A stretch of 64,000 nt of DNA, from assembly GCA_045540755.1 (NCBI GenBank), contig JAZQHV010000026.1, forward strand, positions 2,179-66,178. Direction: 5' to 3'. Below, piece after piece: positions 58,230-64,000 of this stretch. The notes beneath the pieces are model-generated. The model worked only from the letters and a program-made list of their open reading frames with translations, did not search any database and was not told where the DNA came from. Source of the stretch: Eubacteriales bacterium. Lineage in GTDB: Bacteria > Bacillota > Clostridia > Oscillospirales > CAG-272. The position numbers and the translations under genes are program-made. The stretch's first letter is position 1, and every line of letters begins with the position of its first letter.

Positions 58230-59075
58230 ATGAACGAGATCAAAAGTACTATCCAAGCCAAGGAGACCGCCATTTCTGTCATTAGCAGGATCGGCGAAGA
58301 CGACTATATCTCCTTGACCGATATCGCCAGATACAAAAACCCCGAAGAGCCGAATGCCGTCGTTGCAAACTGGATGCGTCTCCGCAGTACGATCGAATTT
58401 CTCGGCCTTTGGGAGCAGATGAACAATCCGGGTTTTAAACCCCTCGAATTCGAGGGGTTTAAAACGGAGGCGGGCGCAAACGCCTTCACGCTTTCCCCGC
58501 AAAAATGGATCCGTTCCACCGATGCGATCGGCTTGATCTCCAAATCAGGAAGATACGGCGGCACCTTTGCACACAAGGACATTGCCTTTGAATTTGCATC
58601 CTGGATCTCCCCCGAATTCAAACTGTACATCATTCAGGATTACCAGCGTCTCAAGCAGAGTGAAGCACATCGTGATTCTCTGGATTGGAACGTGAAACGC
58701 CTGCTCTCCAAGGCAAACTATCGTATCCATACCGATGCCGTAAAAAGCAATCTGATCCCCGAAATGCTTTCCAAGCGGCAGATCGGCTTCGTCTACGCAG
58801 AGGAGGCAGACGTACTCAACGTTGCACTGTTCGGCAAGACCGCCGCAGAATGGCGCACCGAAAACCCCGACAAAAGCGGAAATATGCGCGACTTTGCCAC
58901 GATCGAGCAGTTGCTCGTGCTCAGCAACTTGGAAAATCTCAACGCGCACTTTATTGCGGAAAACATTCCGCAAAGCACCCGATTAGAACGCTTACGCGAG
59001 ATCGCCGTCTCCCAGTTGCTCGTGTTGACTGAAAACAAGAGCGTCCGCACCCTCGCAGAGCTCGAAAAACAATAA
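58230..59075 (+). CDS. KilA-N domain DNA-binding protein
   Basis: DYISLTDIA, NWMR, TIEFLGLWE, GRYGGTFAHKDIAFEFASWISPEFKLYII. Confidence 0.88.
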   Translation: MNEIKSTIQAKETAISVISRIGEDDYISLTDIARYKNPEEPNAVVANWMRLRSTIEFLGLWEQMNNPGFKPLEFEGFKTEAGANAFTLSPQKWIRSTDAIGLISKSGRYGGTFAHKDIAFEFASWISPEFKLYIIQDYQRLKQSEAHRDSLDWNVKRLLSKANYRIHTDAVKSNLIPEMLSKRQIGFVYAEEADVLNVALFGKTAAEWRTENPDKSGNMRDFATIEQLLVLSNLENLNAHFIAENIPQSTRLERLREIAVSQLLVLTENKSVRTLAELEKQ

Positions 59076-59086
59076 CGAGGTATACT

Positions 59087-60634
59087 ATGGAACTTTCCGC
59101 ACATATTTTAGCAATCGTGGCGCTCGGCTGGTTTACGGCTCTTTGCGTGCGCTACTTTACGCACATGTTTCAACTCAATTCCTACACCGAAAAGGTGCAG
59201 ACGGCGTGGATGAAAGCGAATTTCCTCCGCCTTGTCCCCGCGATCTTCTGCGGTGTGGGCGCGCTCGTCTGCGCGTTCCTCCCCGTTCTGTACGCACGGC
59301 TCGGCTTTGCACTGCTCGCGCTTTTGCTCTCGCTCCTCTATTTCCCGCGCAAGGCGAAAAAGCCGCTGGTGTATACCGCGCGCGTCAAGCGTCTGCTTGC
59401 CACCTTTACCCTGCTTTCGGCGGCGGTGGTGGCACTCGGCATCCTGCTCGGCGGCACGGGAGAATTCCTGCTCCTCGGCGCGGTTGCGGCGCTCGCACCG
59501 TTTACGTTACTCCTTGCGAACATCGTGAACGCCCCCATCGAAAAGGCGGTTCGCAACTACTATATAAAAGATGCCAAGAAGCTGCTCGCCTCGCACAAGC
59601 GGCTTCGGATCATCGGCATCACGGGCTCGTTTGGCAAAACAAGCGTGAAGTATTACCTCACCGCCCTGCTCGGCGTCAAATACAACGTACTGATGACCCC
59701 CGAAAGCTACAACACCCCGATGGGCGTGGTCAAGACGATCCGCTCCTCACTTCGTGCAACGCATGACATCTTCGTCTGCGAGATGGGTGCCAAGTACGTC
59801 GGCGACATCCGGGAGCTTTGCGACATCGTGCATCCCGAAAACGGTATCGTGACCTCGATCGGCGAACAGCATCTCGAAAGCTTCGGCTCGGTGCAGAATA
59901 TCATAGGCACCAAATACGAGTTGGCAACGGGCATTCCCGAAAGCGGCAAGCTCTATATCAACGTTTCGAGCGAGACGATCGACAAAAACCGTCCCCCGCG
60001 CGACGCCGTGACCTACGGTCTTACCGCGGCGGCAGACTACTATGCAACCGATATTTCGGTCTCGGCGCGCGGCACAACGTTTACGCTGGTGCACGGCGAG
60101 GAGAGACAGGAATATACAACAAGGCTCATCGGTGAAGCCAACGTGGTCAACATCGTGGGCGCGCTTGCCGCGGCGAACGACGCTTACGGCATCCCGCTTA
60201 CCGAAATGAAGGGCGCGGTCGCCTCCCTCAAATGCGTGCCCCACCGCATGGAACTGCTGGATCGCGGGAACACAGTCATCATCGACGATGCGTTCAACGC
60301 AAACCCCGCAGGCGCGGCGGCGGCGCTCCGCACGGTCGCCCTGTTCGACGCGGTCAAGATCATCGTGACCCCCGGTATGATCGAGCTTGGCGACAAGGAA
60401 GAGGAACTGAACGCGGCGCTCGGCGCAAATGCCGCCTCGGTCTGTGACTACATCGTCGCCGTCGGCGAAAAGCAGGCGAAGCCGATCGTCAAGGGAGCAA
60501 AGGACGCAGGCTTTGACGAAAGCAGAATCTACGTGGCCAAGACCTTTGCCGAAGCCATGGCGTTTGTCAACGGCATTGAGCAAGGCAAGAAAAAGGTCGT
60601 TCTGCTCGAAAACGACCTGCCGGACAATTTTTAA
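59087..60634 (+). CDS. murF: UDP-N-acetylmuramoyl-tripeptide--D-Ala-D-Ala ligase with N-terminal TM segments
   Basis: GITGSFGKT, SYNTPMG, CEMGA, QHLE, DDAFNANP, GMIELG. Confidence 0.88.
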   Translation: MELSAHILAIVALGWFTALCVRYFTHMFQLNSYTEKVQTAWMKANFLRLVPAIFCGVGALVCAFLPVLYARLGFALLALLLSLLYFPRKAKKPLVYTARVKRLLATFTLLSAAVVALGILLGGTGEFLLLGAVAALAPFTLLLANIVNAPIEKAVRNYYIKDAKKLLASHKRLRIIGITGSFGKTSVKYYLTALLGVKYNVLMTPESYNTPMGVVKTIRSSLRATHDIFVCEMGAKYVGDIRELCDIVHPENGIVTSIGEQHLESFGSVQNIIGTKYELATGIPESGKLYINVSSETIDKNRPPRDAVTYGLTAAADYYATDISVSARGTTFTLVHGEERQEYTTRLIGEANVVNIVGALAAANDAYGIPLTEMKGAVASLKCVPHRMELLDRGNTVIIDDAFNANPAGAAAALRTVALFDAVKIIVTPGMIELGDKEEELNAALGANAASVCDYIVAVGEKQAKPIVKGAKDAGFDESRIYVAKTFAEAMAFVNGIEQGKKKVVLLENDLPDNF

Positions 60635-60651
60635 AAAGTCACTTCCGTTTC

Positions 60652-60844
60652 GTTAAGCTATAGGTTGAAGTTGTTGGGGAGAAACCCCTCATCAGTCACC
60701 TCCGGTGCCAGCTTCCCCCGAGGGGGAAGCCATTATAGCGTACCAATAGCTTCCCCTTGAGGGGAAGCTCCCGCGGAGCGGGTGATGAGGTGTAGCCGCC
60801 GCAGCGGCGTTACCCATTCTTTCCCTTTCACCTACCAATTCATC
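60652..60844. repeat. Two-site REP cassette K (ATAG ... degenerate GGAA)
   Basis: GTTAAGCTATAGGTT 60652-60666; CCCTCATC/GGGGAAG doublet; ACCTACCAATTCATC 60830-60844. Confidence 0.75.
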
Positions 60845-60886
60845 TTTAAACCGCAAGCCGGATTATTATTTTTTTGAGGTACACAT

Positions 60887-62074
60887 ATGAAAATTCAACT
60901 TGGCGTACTGTTCGGCGGCAACTCCACCGAGCATGAGATCTCCATCATTTCCGCAGTACAGGCAATGCTTTCGCTCGACCGCGAGAAGTATGACGTCGTA
61001 CCGCTTTACATTACCAAGGACTCCCGCTTTTTCACGGGCGAGGCGCTCCTGTCCATCGAAAACTACAAAAACATCCCCGCACTGTTAACAAAGTGCACCG
61101 AGGTCATCCTTGTCAAGGAAAACGACGTTGCCGCCATCTACAAATTCCCGCCGAAGGCGTTTGGCAAGAGCCGCATCGGACACATCGACATTGCCTTTCC
61201 GATCGTACACGGCACCAACACTGAGGACGGCGTTCTGGCGGGCTTTATCGAGATGCTGGGCATCCCCTACGTAGGCTGTGACGTGGCATCGAGTGCGCTC
61301 GGCATGGATAAATTTGCAATGAAAGCCATCTTCCGCGAGTACGGCATCCCCGTGCTCGAAAGCAAGCTCTACACCACTGCCGACCACGTAGAGGGCGAGG
61401 CGCTCCTCGACCGTGTGGAGGGCGCGTTTGCCTACCCCGTGATCGTCAAGCCCGTCAATCTCGGCTCGTCCATCGGCATTTCGGTGGCGGCAGACCGCGA
61501 CGCCCTGCGGAAGTCGCTTGATACCGCCTTCTCCTTTGCGGAGGTGGTACTGGTAGAGCGCGCGATCACGAATCTGCGTGAGATCAACTGCTCTGTCCTC
61601 GGCGACCGTTTCTCAGCAGAGGCATCCGAATGCGAGGAGCCCGTGCGCGGCGACGACATCCTCTCCTTTGAGGAAAAATACATGAGCGGTCAAAAGGGCG
61701 GCGCAAAGGGCATGGCAAGCGTTACCCGCAAGATCCCCGCGCCCATCTCCGACGAGATGCGTACCGAGATCCGTGAAATGGCGGTCAAGGCGTTCCGCGC
61801 ACTCGGCTGCTCGGGCGTTTCGCGCATCGACTTTATGATCGACGGCGACGAAAATAAGGTATACTTAAACGAGATCAACACCATCCCCGGCTCGCTCTCG
61901 TTCTATCTGTGGGAGCCGATCGGCGTGAAGTATGCGGACCTGCTCGACCGCATGATCGATCTTGCGATGAAGCGCCAGCGCGCACGCAAGAACCTGACTT
62001 TCTCCTTTGAAAGCAACGTGCTTTCGGGCATCAGCCTCGGCGGCACCAAAGGCGCCAAGGGAAGCAAGATGTAA
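60887..62074 (+). CDS. ddl: D-alanine--D-alanine ligase
   Basis: GGNSTEHEIS, HGTNTEDG, GSSIG, EEKY, NEINTIPG. Confidence 0.93.
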   Translation: MKIQLGVLFGGNSTEHEISIISAVQAMLSLDREKYDVVPLYITKDSRFFTGEALLSIENYKNIPALLTKCTEVILVKENDVAAIYKFPPKAFGKSRIGHIDIAFPIVHGTNTEDGVLAGFIEMLGIPYVGCDVASSALGMDKFAMKAIFREYGIPVLESKLYTTADHVEGEALLDRVEGAFAYPVIVKPVNLGSSIGISVAADRDALRKSLDTAFSFAEVVLVERAITNLREINCSVLGDRFSAEASECEEPVRGDDILSFEEKYMSGQKGGAKGMASVTRKIPAPISDEMRTEIREMAVKAFRALGCSGVSRIDFMIDGDENKVYLNEINTIPGSLSFYLWEPIGVKYADLLDRMIDLAMKRQRARKNLTFSFESNVLSGISLGGTKGAKGSKM

Positions 62075-62084
62075 GGGAGAGAAA

Positions 62085-62303
62085 GATAGATTATAGGTTA
62101 TCGGAGCGTTCTACCTTTGGCTCCCTCAGACGAGGGATGCTGTCATAGCGACGCTTTGCGTCGCATTGGCGGCTGACTGAGGGAGGGAAAAGTAAGAAAT
62201 TCCATGGATCACTCCCTCCGACACGCTACGCGCGCCACCTCCCTCGTCTGAGGGAGGCGAAGAAAAAGCTCCAGTTTACTCACCGATAAATTTCCAATTT
62301 TTC
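62085..62303. repeat. Two-site REP cassette L (ATAG ... GGAA)
   Basis: GATAGATTATAGGTT 62085-62099; CTCCCTCAGACGAGGG / CTCCCTCGTCTGAGGGAG doublet; AATTTCCAATTTTTC 62289-62303. Confidence 0.8.
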
Positions 62304-62321
62304 GCTCACATTATATTTTTT

Positions 62322-62362
62322 CACAAAACCCCTCGACTATGCGAGGGGTTTTGTGTTATACT
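62322..62362 (+). promoter_or_regulatory. Putative rluA promoter with inverted repeat over the -35 region
   Basis: CACAAAACCCCTCG-ACTATG-CGAGGGGTTTTGTG followed by TGtTATACT. Confidence 0.5.
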
Positions 62363-62393
62363 GTATCTGTATAATTATATTTAGTAGGTAATT

Positions 62394-63275
62394 ATGGATT
62401 TTTCGGTGGACAAAACATATGACGGACGGTTGCTGCGGGACTTTTTGTTTCGCGGTCTCGCGCTTTCGCGCGCACTTTGCACCGACCTGAAAAAACGCGA
62501 CGGCATCCTTGTAAACGGCAAGGCTGTGACCGTGCGGCACATCCTTGCCGCAGGCGACACCGTCACGCTTGCCACCGAGGACACCGAAATCGACGTTGAC
62601 CCGTCGCTCACCGCGTGGGAATTCCCGCTCGACATCCTCTACGAGGACGAGCACGTCCTTTGCGTGAACAAGCCGCCCTATATGCCGACGCATCTCTCGC
62701 ACGGGCACCGTGCGGACACCTTGGCAAACGCACTCAAAGCCGAGTTTGACCGCCGCGGCGCGCTCTTTGTGATGCGGGCGGTCAACCGTCTCGACGCGGA
62801 CACCAGCGGCATCGTGATGATCGCGAAAAACCGTTACGCCGCCGACCGTTTTTCGGGCGCCAACCTCGCCTACGAAAAGCGCTATATCGCCCTTTGCGAA
62901 GGCGACGTACCCGATGCAGGCGAGATCCGCGGCTACATCCGCCGCGTGGAGGAAAGCATCATCACCCGCGCCGTATACGAAACGGGCAAGGAAAGTGAAT
63001 GGGCGCACACGCGCTACCGCACGCTTTCCCGCAAGGGCGGTGTCTCGGTCGTGGAATGCGAGCCCGTCACGGGGCGTACCCACCAGCTCCGCGTGCACCT
63101 CGCTTCGATCGGGCACCCGATCGTCGGCGACGACCTCTACGGCGGGGCGGATGCCCTGCCGCGCCAGGCGCTCCACGCCGCATCCCTTGTTTTCGACCAC
63201 CCCTTTACAGGCGAACGTATCACCCTCTCCGCACCCCTGCCCAACGATATGGAGGACTATTTACAAACACTATGA
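62394..63275 (+). CDS. RluA family pseudouridine synthase
   Basis: ILYEDEH, NKP, NRLDADTSG, TGRTHQLRVH, PIVGDDLY, QALHA. Confidence 0.93.
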   Translation: MDFSVDKTYDGRLLRDFLFRGLALSRALCTDLKKRDGILVNGKAVTVRHILAAGDTVTLATEDTEIDVDPSLTAWEFPLDILYEDEHVLCVNKPPYMPTHLSHGHRADTLANALKAEFDRRGALFVMRAVNRLDADTSGIVMIAKNRYAADRFSGANLAYEKRYIALCEGDVPDAGEIRGYIRRVEESIITRAVYETGKESEWAHTRYRTLSRKGGVSVVECEPVTGRTHQLRVHLASIGHPIVGDDLYGGADALPRQALHAASLVFDHPFTGERITLSAPLPNDMEDYLQTL

Positions 63276-64000
63276 ACATCCGTGCATTCTGCAAAAAGAA
63301 CATTTCCGTCCCGATGTGGATCCTATACGGCACGGCGCTTCTTTGCATTCCGATTCTGATTGCAAGCCGCCTGTCCGTCCCCTTTGCCGACTTTTTCAAC
63401 CGCTATATTTCGAGCGTGTTCCGCGCCGCCTTCGCACATATCGCCTCTCTGCTCCCCTTTTCGCTTGCGGAGACGGTCATTCTCGCCGCGATCCCCACGG
63501 CGGCAGTGTTCCTTGTGTACACCTGCAAGGTCTCCTTGCAAAAAGGCAAGGCGGCAAAGCAGTTTCTTCGTCTGCTTTGCGTGATCGCCTTTCTGTTTTC
63601 CTCGTTCGTGCTGAACTTCGGCGCAGGCTACAACACGACGCCGCTTGCCGAAAGGCTTGACCTTACCGCCGAAGCGCCCACCAAGGACGACCTGCTCCTC
63701 GCCTCGGCATACACGCTGATCTCCATCGGCGACATCGAAAAGGAGATCGCCTACAAGGAAAGCGGGCAATCGGATATGCCCTACGGCTTCGGTGAGCTCT
63801 GCGACAAGTTGAACGACGCCTACGACACGCTCTATGCCCGTTACGACTTCCTCTCCCCCTTACACACGGGCGTCAAGCGCATCGCGCTTTCAAAGCCCAT
63901 GACCTACACGCACATTTCGGGTGTATACACCTGCTTTACGGGCGAGGCAAACGTGAATATCAACTACCCCGACTACGTTATTGCCTTTACCGTGGCGCAC
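63272..64000 (+). CDS. DUF3810-like membrane protein, truncated by window end
   Basis: Open frame from ATG 63272 (overlaps rluA stop): LLPFSLAE, FGAGY, ISGVYTCFTGEANVN, FTVAH; absent from the ORF track because it has no stop. Confidence 0.75.
   Translation, partial: MNIRAFCKKNISVPMWILYGTALLCIPILIASRLSVPFADFFNRYISSVFRAAFAHIASLLPFSLAETVILAAIPTAAVFLVYTCKVSLQKGKAAKQFLRLLCVIAFLFSSFVLNFGAGYNTTPLAERLDLTAEAPTKDDLLLASAYTLISIGDIEKEIAYKESGQSDMPYGFGELCDKLNDAYDTLYARYDFLSPLHTGVKRIALSKPMTYTHISGVYTCFTGEANVNINYPDYVIAFTVAH

Noticed and set aside
58230-59075. Prophage remnant around KilA-N
   Set aside because: No integrase, structural or other phage genes; flanks are core cell-wall genes.
60887-62074. ddl as a vancomycin-resistance D-Ala-D-Lac ligase
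   Set aside because: The omega loop keeps KY (SFEEKY); no vanH/X/R/S genes nearby; context is murF housekeeping.
21845-62303. Recurrent repeats as a CRISPR array
   Set aside because: Copies are dispersed between genes, not regularly spaced with unique 30-40 nt spacers, and there are no cas genes.
1-64000. tRNA, rRNA, transposase or recombinase genes
   Set aside because: None recognisable; the enzyme for the two-site elements, if it exists, lies outside the window.

Overview
GC-rich chromosomal segment of a spore-forming Clostridia-like Firmicute (yabP/yabQ/divIC, cdaA-cdaR, Rel, sigma-A promoters). Most of it is housekeeping: MATE transporter, P-type ATPase behind a yybP-ykoY riboswitch, capA-pgeF-truB-aspS-alr, ACT/UPF0210, divIC-yabQ-yabP-yabO-hup-mazG-yabM, uridine kinase-hemZ-dtd-rel-recJ, cdaR-cdaA, hydrolase-KilA-N-murF-ddl-rluA. 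An accessory block at about 19.5-38.4 kb holds five tandem regulators with an inverted architecture (LacI-type sensor domain first, LuxR-type HTH last). They converge on a tandemly duplicated three-gene cassette: GLUG/stalk surface protein, Asp-box propeller plus CBM9-like protein, and an orphan solute-binding lipoprotein. The most unusual signal is non-coding. Eleven intergenic elements are each bracketed by two related but different ~15-bp sites in inverted orientation (GATAAATT-GGAA-KTT and GATAAATT-ATAG-KTT; some copies are degenerate) and filled with unrelated REP-like palindromic cargo. Paralogous positions in the duplicated cassette keep the same flanks and sites but hold different cargo, which suggests a two-site cassette-exchange system. 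No recombinase or transposase gene is visible in the window. All calls come from motif reading only; no searches were run.
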